A stretch of DNA of 40,106 bases from Dehalococcoidia bacterium (GCA_035292965.1 DATDPC010000086.1:1-40106), one strand, 5' to 3'; counted from the first letter of the stretch, positions 16,551-24,996 are shown. Notes: generated by a model from the letters alone, not told the origin. Program-made: numbers and translations.

Positions 16551-17638
16551 GCTTCCTGCCCCGCGACCGCCGCCTCGACCTCGCGGACGAAGGCTTCGCG
16601 GAAATGAGACGCGTCGAAGCGGCGCGCCAGCTCCGGCGCCGTGTACTCGGCGGGCGACTCGAGGCAACGCGCGACGGCCTGCGCCAGCGCTTCTGCCGAC
16701 TCATCCGTGGCGAACGAGACGCCGCCTTGCTCGCCGACCTCGGCGAGGCCGCCGGCCCGCGGCCCGGCGAGCGGCACGCCCGCTGCCATCGCCTCGACGA
16801 AGGTCATGCCGAAGTCTTCGACGCCGCCGTGGACGAACACCGAGGCGCCGCCCAGCAATTCGTCTCGCTTCGTTTCGCTGACGCGACCGTGGAAGCGCAC
16901 GTCGGCGTCTCCGGCCAGCGCGGCGAGACGGGCGCGCTCCGGACCGTCGCCGGCGACGCGTAGCGGCAGGCCCAGCAGCATGCAGGCCTGGACGACGAGA
17001 TCGACGCGCTTGTACTCGACGAGCTCGCCGACGTAGAGCGCGTATCCGGCGGGCTGCCGCGGGATCGCGGCGAAGCGGTCGACCTCGACGGGCGGGTAGA
17101 GGACGCTGGCGTGTCGCGAATAGCGCTGCTGGATCCGCTGCGCCGTCGCGCGCGAGTTGGCGATCAGACGCTGGACGCGCGCGGCGGCGGCGGCGTCCCA
17201 GACGCGCAGGTGCTGCAGCAGCGGCGTCAGGACGGGCGCGAGCAGGCGGCTGGCGCCGGTCGGAGGCGGCGCACCCCAGAGGTAACGCGGCGGCGTGTGC
17301 ATGTAGCAGACGTGCGTCGCGCCGTCGCGCGCCAGCGCGCCGTGCGTCCAGCCTGACGATGAGCTGATCACCGTGTCGTAGGCGCTGAGGTCGATGCTCT
17401 CGACGGCGTAGGGCAGCAGCGGCAGCAGGGCGCGGTAGCCGCCGCGCGGGATCGGGAGCTTGCTGAGGAAGGTGGTGCGGATGCGCGGCGCCAGGTCTGC
17501 CGGGAAGGCATCGCGGCGGCCGAAGAGGAGGAAGAGGTCAGCCTCCGGGAACAAGCGCGCGATCTCGAAGAAGACCTTCTCGCCGCCGCGAGTCTCGACC
17601 AACCAGGGGTGAAGGACGGCCGTCCTGCGCGTCATCAC
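16547..17638 (-). CDS. family 4 (GT-B, group 1) glycosyltransferase
   Basis: GGEKVFFEIARLFPEADLFLLF at the N-terminus. VFVHGGVEDFGMTFVEAMAAGVPLAGPRAGGLAEV at the C-terminus. Confidence 0.88.
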   Translation of the reverse strand: MMTRRTAVLHPWLVETRGGEKVFFEIARLFPEADLFLLFGRRDAFPADLAPRIRTTFLSKLPIPRGGYRALLPLLPYAVESIDLSAYDTVISSSSGWTHGALARDGATHVCYMHTPPRYLWGAPPPTGASRLLAPVLTPLLQHLRVWDAAAAARVQRLIANSRATAQRIQQRYSRHASVLYPPVEVDRFAAIPRQPAGYALYVGELVEYKRVDLVVQACMLLGLPLRVAGDGPERARLAALAGDADVRFHGRVSETKRDELLGGASVFVHGGVEDFGMTFVEAMAAGVPLAGPRAGGLAEVGEQGGVSFATDESAEALAQAVARCLESPAEYTAPELARRFDASHFREAFVREVEAAVAGQEA

Positions 17639-17669
17639 CCTTCGAGTTTGCGGGGCCGGTCAGCGCCCG

Positions 17670-18608
17670 TCAAACCGCCTCGTCACCCGGGAGCCAGCTG
17701 CCGACGGTGCGCCAGCCCGCCCAGACGTAGGGAAAGCGCCGCACGTACGATTCGAGCAGCGCGGTGTAGTCGGTCGCGACGGCCAACAGCGCCTCTTCGC
17801 GCGGTAGGTCTTCGTGAAGCGCAAGCGGCGCCTCGATGTTGATATCGAACTCGTCCGAGGCGCGACGTACGGTGAAAACGGGCAGCAGCGGCGCGCCGCT
17901 GAGGCGGCTGAGGTTGGCGGGGCCGGTGGCGATCTGGAGGTAGCCGCCGAACATCGGCGCCCGTACGATCTGGCGCGCCTGCATCCCCACAGTTATCGAG
18001 ACGACACCGTTCTGCTTCAGCCGCGAGAGCAGGATGCGCATCGCCGGTTCCGGCTTCTCGTCCTCGATGACGATGCGTTCACGCAAGAAGCGCTTCTCAG
18101 CCCTGGTGACGAGCGGCGCGAACCTGCCGACGTGAAACGGCATGATGCTGCCGCCGTGGCCCGGCCGCGATAGGTGGGTCATGCGGTGACCCGCCTGGTG
18201 CAGCGCCATCTTCGTCATCAACGAGGCGCCGATGAGCTCCGAGTTCCAGATGATCGCGCCGCGCCCGGCGGCCAGCGCGGCGTCGATGTGCTCCAGGCCG
18301 TTGTAGTTGAAGCGGGGCTTCCAGCTGCCGGGCCGGTAGACGGCGAGGTACTGCATGTGCTGCTCGTAGAAGCCGGCGACGAAGCGCCGCACAGCGAGCC
18401 GCCGCGACGTACCGACCAGCTCGAGCATGAACGGCGGTAGGCTCTTCTCCTCCACGCGCCGCGCCCCCGCGAAGGCAACCTCCGTCGTCGCGGCGAGCGC
18501 TGTGCAGAAGCGGCGCCAGTGGCGCACGGGCAGCGTCCAGGCGGCAACGCCGAAGCCGGCGAGGGTGCCCGCGGCAGCCAGGGCGCGTAGCACAGAGCTG
18601 GGCTTCAT
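17670..18608 (-). CDS. LpxL/HtrB/PatA-like (lysophospholipid acyltransferase superfamily) protein, divergent
   Basis: N-terminal hydrophobic anchor. NGLEHIDAALAAGRGAIIWNSELIGAS aligns by eye with the G.E.L....G.G.I....H.GNW region of lipid A/PIM acyltransferases, but I see no His there. PLLPVFTVR is typical of the C-terminal half. Confidence 0.5.
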   Translation of the reverse strand: MKPSSVLRALAAAGTLAGFGVAAWTLPVRHWRRFCTALAATTEVAFAGARRVEEKSLPPFMLELVGTSRRLAVRRFVAGFYEQHMQYLAVYRPGSWKPRFNYNGLEHIDAALAAGRGAIIWNSELIGASLMTKMALHQAGHRMTHLSRPGHGGSIMPFHVGRFAPLVTRAEKRFLRERIVIEDEKPEPAMRILLSRLKQNGVVSITVGMQARQIVRAPMFGGYLQIATGPANLSRLSGAPLLPVFTVRRASDEFDINIEAPLALHEDLPREEALLAVATDYTALLESYVRRFPYVWAGWRTVGSWLPGDEAV

Positions 18609-18617
18609 TCGTCCAGA

Positions 18618-20093
18618 CTACTGCGTCTGCGTGTCGTTCGGCTTCGGCGTTGCTTTGGGCTTCGGCGTCTTCGTGGGCTTGGGTACCTTCGTCGATTTCG
18701 GGACGGCGGTTGGCTGCGGGCCGCCGGGGCTCTGATCGCTGCCCGGCGCGTCGATGATCTTCGCCTGCGCGAGACCGACGTAGCCGACAAGCAGGACAAA
18801 CGCCGCGACGACGCTGAGGTAGATCGACTTGCGCCTGCCGAAGTGCCGCACAGCCAACGCAACGGCCGCGATCGCGATCGGCACGAAGACAAGGGCGCTT
18901 ATCACCCCCTGCATGAACAAGAAGGTGCGCCACAGCTCCGCGAAGGCATAGATAATCGCGATGCCGGCGAGAAAGACATAGCTGCGGTAGGTGAGGAAGT
19001 AGCCGGCCGCCAGCGCTGCGACAAAGCTCACGGCGGCAATAAACGGAAACGCCAGCAGACCTTGCGGGCCGGTCAGCTCGGCGAAGGCAGAGTTTGTCGT
19101 CAGGCCGCCATCGAGGTCGATGTAGTCGCGCCAGTACGGCGGGCTGCCTTGCGTGTCATCGCGTATGTAGGTAGGCGTCAGCGAGCGCCGCAACGCCGTG
19201 AGCCTGTCGCCGAAGCTCCCACTCTTGGTCAGGTCCTGATCCGCGACGCCGATCGCCACCTGCATCGGCGCGCCGACGTACGCGGATATCTCCGCGAGCG
19301 TGATCTCCACCGGGTTGGTGATGCCGTAGTCATCCTCGTAGGTACCAGCAGTGCGCCCGTAGGTGAAGGGGATCAGCAGGACGAAGAAGGCGGCTGCTGC
19401 CAGCACCACGAACAGCGGCGCCAACCGCAGGTCGCGTACCTTGCCGGCAATGCCGACGGCGATCATCACGGCGACGACGATCAGCAGTCGCGCCGAGATC
19501 AGGGCCGCGGCGCCGAGCAGGAGAAAGTTCAGCAGATCGAGCAGGCCGATGCGGCGCCGATCGAAGACGCGGAAAATCGCGACGCCGGCGGATAACGCCG
19601 CCGCGTAGCGCCAGGTGTAGATCGCGACGTAGTAGGACTCGTAGAGACGGTTCTTGAGCACGTTGCCGTTGTGCGTGGTCAGGCTACGCCACAGCGCCGT
19701 CGTGTCGTCGTGATAGGCAACGACGTAGGTGACAAAGATGCCGAGGAACGACACCGCCGTAAGCGCCAGGTAGAAGTCGTCGGCTGAAAGCGAGTCGAGT
19801 CCGGCCGGACGCCAGGTGATCCGCTTGCCCACGCGCAGACCAACGTAGGCCGCGAGCGCGATCAGGCCGTACCAGGCACCGAGCGTCACGATCGCGTCGA
19901 GACTCAGGTGTGAGCGGACGTCGAAGCCGTGGCGCACGCTGATCGGCGCCGCCCAGGCGAAGAGGCTCAGCGCCGCCGCCGCGACCGCGACGAAGGCCGG
20001 CTCCAGGATGAGACGCGCCGGCAGCTTGGGGATGCGCGACAGAAGTTCCGCCGCCTGCCGAGACGGCAGCCAGGTAAAGGCGCGGGCGCTCAC
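18618..20093 (-). CDS. polytopic membrane protein, oligosaccharide repeat-unit polymerase (Wzy)-like, with a Pro/Thr/Lys-rich C-terminal tail
   Basis: More than 10 hydrophobic segments, and a position inside the glycan cluster. The tail is PGSDQSPGGPQPTAVPKSTKVPKPTKTPKPKATPKPNDTQTQ. GTG start at 20093. The family assignment rests on context only. Confidence 0.55.
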   Translation of the reverse strand: MSARAFTWLPSRQAAELLSRIPKLPARLILEPAFVAVAAAALSLFAWAAPISVRHGFDVRSHLSLDAIVTLGAWYGLIALAAYVGLRVGKRITWRPAGLDSLSADDFYLALTAVSFLGIFVTYVVAYHDDTTALWRSLTTHNGNVLKNRLYESYYVAIYTWRYAAALSAGVAIFRVFDRRRIGLLDLLNFLLLGAAALISARLLIVVAVMIAVGIAGKVRDLRLAPLFVVLAAAAFFVLLIPFTYGRTAGTYEDDYGITNPVEITLAEISAYVGAPMQVAIGVADQDLTKSGSFGDRLTALRRSLTPTYIRDDTQGSPPYWRDYIDLDGGLTTNSAFAELTGPQGLLAFPFIAAVSFVAALAAGYFLTYRSYVFLAGIAIIYAFAELWRTFLFMQGVISALVFVPIAIAAVALAVRHFGRRKSIYLSVVAAFVLLVGYVGLAQAKIIDAPGSDQSPGGPQPTAVPKSTKVPKPTKTPKPKATPKPNDTQTQ

Positions 20094-20177
20094 GCGTTCT
20101 CTGTCATCGGTGGAATCGTATTCGGCATCAAGAAAAGTATGACAGTCACATCCTTATGACGTAAGCACTGGTTCGAG

Positions 20178-21686
20178 TTAGAAACGCTCGTCAGGAGCGG
20201 GTGTTGCAGAATCCAACCTCGCGACAGGGAGAGTCCAGACGAGGCCGATGATGATCCAGGCGTAGAGGTTGATCGGGAAGACGGAGAAGTAGGCGATGCT
20301 GACGTTCATCAGCGCGAAGCTCGCGAGGTAGACGCCGGCGAAGAGAAAGAAGTTCGCCAGCAGGTCATCAACGCCGAGGCTTGCGCGCCAGGAGACGTAG
20401 GCGCGGCGCAGCGTCATCGCCTCAATCGTGAGGAAGAGAACGACGCCGACGAGACCGAAGTTACGGTAGAGCTGGATGTAGAGGTTCTCGTGCTGGCGCG
20501 CCTGATCGCTGCTACCCAGGATGATGGCGCTGATGCTCGACTCCTGGGAGGGTTCGGGTACCGCGGTCGGCGTGGGGGTCGGCGTGGTCGAGCCCTGGGC
20601 GGCGGCCACGGCTGTCGCCGTTAGCAGCGCCCGTGTCGTCGGCCCCGGCGTTGGGCGCGTCGCCTGGCGCGTCGGCGCCGCAGACTGGGTGGCCTGCGCC
20701 TCCGCCGTTTCCGTAGCGGCAACCGCCGCCACGGAAGTTGCGATCGCGGCGATGCTAGGGCCTCGATCGACGGACAGATGGCCTCGCCCGCTGCCGACCT
20801 TCGCGTTGTAGATCAGGTCGACGTCACCAGAGACGAGCAGAACGACGAAGAGCCCGGCGCCAACACCGCCGATGGCAAGCACAACCTTCGGGTCGACACG
20901 GCGCGCGAGGAAGAGCAACCCGAGCACGCAGGCGAAGCCCATCGCCACGGTCACGGAGAAGGTCAGCGCGATGAACAGTGTCGTCAGGGCAATGGCGGCG
21001 AAGAACCAGCGCCGGCGTTTGAGGTCGGACGGCGCCGGCAGCAGCAGCAACGCGATGAGCACGATCAGCGCGAAGGCGCCGAAGCCGTTGGGGTCGTCCC
21101 AGCCGCCACCGAATCGCGGCACGTGGTTGGAGAACGTCAGCCCCGGCAGGCGCCCCGTGGCCGCGAATATCAGGATCGTCAGTGCTTCATAGACGACGTG
21201 ATAGACGATCGAGACGAGGAGGAAGAGCTTGATGAACTCGCCCGGCCGGCGTTCGCTCCATAGCAACGGGACGATATAGGCGAACGGGATGACGAAGAGA
21301 AACTTGAAGACGACGTTCAAGGAGAACGTCTCGGTGGAGTCAGCGTTAGCCGGACTGAACTTCAGCGACGAAAGGCCGACGTAGAGGACGAAGGCGGCGA
21401 GCAGCAGCCAGAACGGCTGTGTCCGCATCCGCCCGATTGCCCGCCGCACCTGGTCCCGCTGCGAGAACCAGAGCATCGCCAGCATGACGACGATGACAAC
21501 GGCGGCGACGGCGTACTTCGGGTACTGCAGATAGTCGGCCGTCGCGTGGTACCCGGTCGAGGACAGTATGGAGCCGATCTTGAAGGGATAGCGGTAGAAG
21601 TAGTGGACCTGCGTGAAGACGAGGAAGGCGAAGAAGACCTTCTCCACCGCGGTCAGGTTCTTCAGTGCGGCGATCGCCTTCTTCAT
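20178..21686 (-). CDS. O-antigen ligase / polymerase (Wzy_C-like) family membrane protein with an inserted Ala/Thr/Pro-rich loop
   Basis: About 12 hydrophobic segments. RFGGGWDDPNGFGAFALIVLIALLLL resembles the Wzy_C core. A low-complexity insert of about 75 aa reads ...VAATETAEAQATQSAAPTRQATRPTPGPTT...TTPTPTPTAVPEPSQ. Confidence 0.7.
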   Translation of the reverse strand: MKKAIAALKNLTAVEKVFFAFLVFTQVHYFYRYPFKIGSILSSTGYHATADYLQYPKYAVAAVVIVVMLAMLWFSQRDQVRRAIGRMRTQPFWLLLAAFVLYVGLSSLKFSPANADSTETFSLNVVFKFLFVIPFAYIVPLLWSERRPGEFIKLFLLVSIVYHVVYEALTILIFAATGRLPGLTFSNHVPRFGGGWDDPNGFGAFALIVLIALLLLPAPSDLKRRRWFFAAIALTTLFIALTFSVTVAMGFACVLGLLFLARRVDPKVVLAIGGVGAGLFVVLLVSGDVDLIYNAKVGSGRGHLSVDRGPSIAAIATSVAAVAATETAEAQATQSAAPTRQATRPTPGPTTRALLTATAVAAAQGSTTPTPTPTAVPEPSQESSISAIILGSSDQARQHENLYIQLYRNFGLVGVVLFLTIEAMTLRRAYVSWRASLGVDDLLANFFLFAGVYLASFALMNVSIAYFSVFPINLYAWIIIGLVWTLPVARLDSATPAPDERF

Positions 21687-21750
21687 CCGTCTCAGGGTAA
21701 GTCAGGCAAACGCGTCAGACTACATCTAATCCTCGCAGCCGGATTCACCC

Positions 21751-21756
21751 TATAAT
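21751..21756 (+). promoter_or_regulatory. perfect TATAAT box 8 nt upstream of the DUF4012 start codon
   Basis: tataat lies at 21751-21756 and the TTG start at 21765. There is no room for a Shine-Dalgarno sequence, and no good -35 is seen. Confidence 0.3.
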
Positions 21757-21764
21757 CGATTGCG

Positions 21765-23687
21765 TTGGGGCGACTTACTACTGGCAAATCACTTCGCTTC
21801 TGGATCGCCAGCTTCCTCGTCGTTCTTTTCGTCTTCGAGGTCTACCGCGTCTATTCCTTCTACGACGACCTGACCGAGAGCAAAGCCAGCCTCACCTCCC
21901 TCAAGGACGACCTTGACCTCGCGCGCCTGCAAGACTCCGCCGACAACATCGAGGCGAAGCAGAAGCGGCTGAGCGACGCCAAAGGCCGCCTGAGCGACGC
22001 CAAGGGCTTCATGGGCAACGACCCCTTCGTCCTCATCGCCGGTGAGATACCGGGGCTGAAGAAGCAGGTCAACGGCCTCGAGACGGCGGTGCGGGCGGGC
22101 GAGGTCGCCTCTGACACCGGCATGAAGGCGAGCGACGTGGCCCTCGCCTACGCCCGCTTCGAGCGCGACCCGAAGAAGACCTCGATAGAGCAGTCGATCG
22201 ACTTCCTCAGGAGCCAGGAAGGGCCGATGAGCGAGGTCGAGGCCGGTATGCTGCGGCTGCGCCAGGCAGAGGCAGAGATGCCGGACGGTCTCATCGGCCC
22301 GCTCGGCAACGCCAAGCGCGACCTGGCGAGCGCCCTCGACCGCCTCGACAGCCTCGTCGAGGGTTACAAGCGCGCCGACACGCTGCTGCCGGGCCTGCTC
22401 GGCTACGACGGCCAGAAGAAGTACCTGCTGCTCGCCCAGAACGACACGGAGCTATTCCCGTCCGGCGGCCTGATCTCCAGCTACGGCATCGTCACATTTG
22501 AGAAGGGCAAGCTCCTCAGCATGGAGCTCGAGTACTTCGGCACGCTGTACGACCGCTGGCAGCGACGCAGCGACGGCGAATACATCGAGCCGCCGGCGTC
22601 GCTGAAGGCGCACCTCCTGCGCAGCTTCTCCTGGGCGCTGGGCGAGGCGGGCTGGTACCCGGACTTCCCGACGACGGTCGGCTACTCGCGCGACTTCGTT
22701 GCGAAGGGCGGTGTCGCGCCGACGGAGGGCGTCATCGCCATCGACCTCCAGTTCACGCAGGCGCTGCTCGATGTGCTGGGCTCCGTGCGAGTGCCGGAGT
22801 ACAACGTTACGGTGACGCCGCAAAACTTCAACGAGGTCACGCTGGAGGAAACCCGCGACGAGAACTACCAGCCTGGCCAGCCAAAGAAGGCGTTCCTCTC
22901 CTACCTCTCGCAGGCGATGCTGAAGCAGATCTACACGCTGCCGCAGGACCGCTGGATCGACCTGCTGAAGTTCTTCGACCGCATGGGGAAGGAACGGCAC
23001 CTCCAGATCTACTTCGACGATACGAAGCTCCAGTCTCTGAGCGAGGCCTACGGCTTCGATGGACGCATCATCCAGCCGGAGGACGGCGACTTCCTTCTGA
23101 TCGCCGACGCGAGCGTCAAGAGCACGAAGCTCAACCTGATCCTCAAGCCCTCGGCGAAGGTAGAGGTGCAGCTATCGGCTAACGGCACGGCGAAGACGGA
23201 CGTGCTCTACGAGATCGACAACCCATTCCCGGAGTGGGCGAAGGGCAAGAACCCGGCGCTCGTGGAGCTGCTGATGTACAGCGGCATCTACGGCTGCTAC
23301 CTGCGCGTCTTCGTGCCGGAGCAATCGACGCTCGACGAGATCAAGCTGAACGGCGGGCCCGGCGGCGCCGAGGAGATCGCCAAGGAGTTGGGCAAGGCGG
23401 TCTTCGGCCGCTTCTTCCCCGTGCCGCCGGGGGAGTCCGCCAACATCGAGGTGCAGTACGAGACGCCAGGCGTCGTCACGAAGGGCGATGACGGCCTCTA
23501 CCACTACAAGCTCTACGTCCAGAAAGAGGCCGGCACGCGCGCCACGCCCTTCACGCTGACGCCGCAGCTGCCCCAGGGGGCCGAGCTGGTCCAGCTGCGC
23601 CTCGACGGGCAGCGCGTCCGCGGCTCGACGATCGAGACGGACCTGCGCGTCGACCGCGAGATCGAGGTCGTGTTCAGGCTTGGGTAG
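21765..23687 (+). CDS. DUF4012 domain-containing membrane-anchored protein
   Basis: N-terminal TM segment FWIASFLVVLFVFEVY, a coiled-coil-like region, then KKYLLLAQNDTELFPSGGLISSYGIVTFEKGKL (the DUF4012 hallmark). The only in-frame start after the upstream stop is the TTG at 21765. Confidence 0.75.
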   Translation: MGRLTTGKSLRFWIASFLVVLFVFEVYRVYSFYDDLTESKASLTSLKDDLDLARLQDSADNIEAKQKRLSDAKGRLSDAKGFMGNDPFVLIAGEIPGLKKQVNGLETAVRAGEVASDTGMKASDVALAYARFERDPKKTSIEQSIDFLRSQEGPMSEVEAGMLRLRQAEAEMPDGLIGPLGNAKRDLASALDRLDSLVEGYKRADTLLPGLLGYDGQKKYLLLAQNDTELFPSGGLISSYGIVTFEKGKLLSMELEYFGTLYDRWQRRSDGEYIEPPASLKAHLLRSFSWALGEAGWYPDFPTTVGYSRDFVAKGGVAPTEGVIAIDLQFTQALLDVLGSVRVPEYNVTVTPQNFNEVTLEETRDENYQPGQPKKAFLSYLSQAMLKQIYTLPQDRWIDLLKFFDRMGKERHLQIYFDDTKLQSLSEAYGFDGRIIQPEDGDFLLIADASVKSTKLNLILKPSAKVEVQLSANGTAKTDVLYEIDNPFPEWAKGKNPALVELLMYSGIYGCYLRVFVPEQSTLDEIKLNGGPGGAEEIAKELGKAVFGRFFPVPPGESANIEVQYETPGVVTKGDDGLYHYKLYVQKEAGTRATPFTLTPQLPQGAELVQLRLDGQRVRGSTIETDLRVDREIEVVFRLG

Positions 23688-23799
23688 GCATGAAGCGAAT
23701 TAGTTCACTCCTTAACCTATGGCCGCTTAGGAGCGCGAATAGTAAGATTGCGCCTGCGAGACGTACCACCCCGCTGAGATTCGCAGACAAGGACGGGAC

Positions 23800-24996
23800 A
23801 TGAAGCGAAGTACCGACCGTATCCTCATGAGCCACGCCGGCAGCCTCCACAGGCCGGACGACCTGCGCGAGACGATGGCCTCCCGGCGCGACGACGAGCC
23901 GATCGATGACGCGCTGGCGGCGCGGATCAAGGACGCCGTCAAAGAAGTCGTCAAGCTGCAGGCTGAAAACGGCGTCGACGTCGTCAACGACGGCGAATAC
24001 ACGAAGCGCAGCTGGCAGACCTACTCCCGCGGCCGGCTCAGCGGCCTCGAGCAGCGCCCGCTGAGGGAGGGCGAGGACCCGAACTACGGCTCGATCACGG
24101 CACGCGAATCGAAGTACTTCCCAGACTTCTTCGCCCGCGGCCTGGCGCCCTTCGGCGCCGGCCGGCCCGCCTCGGCGAACGCGGCCGGCGGTGGCTTTGC
24201 GCAGCAGGCCGTCTTCTGCGTCGGCCCGCTGCAGTACATCGGCCAGAAGGAAGTTCAGCGCGACATCGACTACATCAAGGAAGCGGCGAAGGGCGTCAAC
24301 GTCGAAGAGCTCTGCCTGACGGCGCTCGCCCCGGCGACGATCGAGCACTGGATGCGCAACCAGCACTACAACACGCAGGAGGACATGCTCTTCGCCATCG
24401 CCGACGCGATGCACGAGGAGTACAAGGCGATCACGGACGCCGGCATCACCCTCCAGATCGACGACCCTGACCTGCCGGACGGCTACCATGTGTACCCGGA
24501 GATGAGCATCGCCGAGTACCGCAAGTTCGCCGAGGTGCGCGTCGAGGCGATCAACCGCTCGCTGCGCGGCATCCCGGAGGAGCTGGTGCGCCTGCACATC
24601 TGCTGGGGCAGCATCCACCACCCGCACACGCAGGACATCCCGCTGAAGGACATCATCGACCTCGTCTTCGCCGTGAAGGCGCAGTGCTACTCGATCGAGG
24701 CGGCGAACCCGCAGCACGAGCACGAGTGGAACGTCTTCGAGAACGTGAAGCTGCCGGACGGCAAGATCCTCATGCCCGGCGTCCTCGGCCACTGCGCGCC
24801 GGAGTTCGTGGAGCATCCGGAGCTGGTGGCGCAGCGCCTGCTGCGTTACGCCAACCTCGTCGGCCGGGAGAACGTCATCGGCGGTACTGACTGCGGTCTG
24901 CAGCGCGTGAGGACGGCATCGATCCAGTGGGCGAAGTTCCGCGCCGGCGCGGAGGGCGCCCGCATCGCCACGAAGAAGCTCTGGGGCCGCAACTAG
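23800..24996 (+). CDS. single-domain MetE-like Zn-dependent alkyltransferase, paralog 3
   Basis: RILMSHAGSLHRP, VDVVNDGEYTK, LHICWGSIHHPH, EAANPQHEHEW and GTDCGL. AAGGACGGG lies upstream of the ATG. Confidence 0.85.
   Translation: MKRSTDRILMSHAGSLHRPDDLRETMASRRDDEPIDDALAARIKDAVKEVVKLQAENGVDVVNDGEYTKRSWQTYSRGRLSGLEQRPLREGEDPNYGSITARESKYFPDFFARGLAPFGAGRPASANAAGGGFAQQAVFCVGPLQYIGQKEVQRDIDYIKEAAKGVNVEELCLTALAPATIEHWMRNQHYNTQEDMLFAIADAMHEEYKAITDAGITLQIDDPDLPDGYHVYPEMSIAEYRKFAEVRVEAINRSLRGIPEELVRLHICWGSIHHPHTQDIPLKDIIDLVFAVKAQCYSIEAANPQHEHEWNVFENVKLPDGKILMPGVLGHCAPEFVEHPELVAQRLLRYANLVGRENVIGGTDCGLQRVRTASIQWAKFRAGAEGARIATKKLWGRN

Noticed and set aside
10314-23799. The idea that the block bracketed by the inverted MetE-like paralogs is a mobile genomic island or invertible segment.
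   Set aside because: There is no integrase, transposase, tRNA, direct-repeat border or clear compositional break visible. Only the short identical tract supports the idea, and that is reported separately with caveats.
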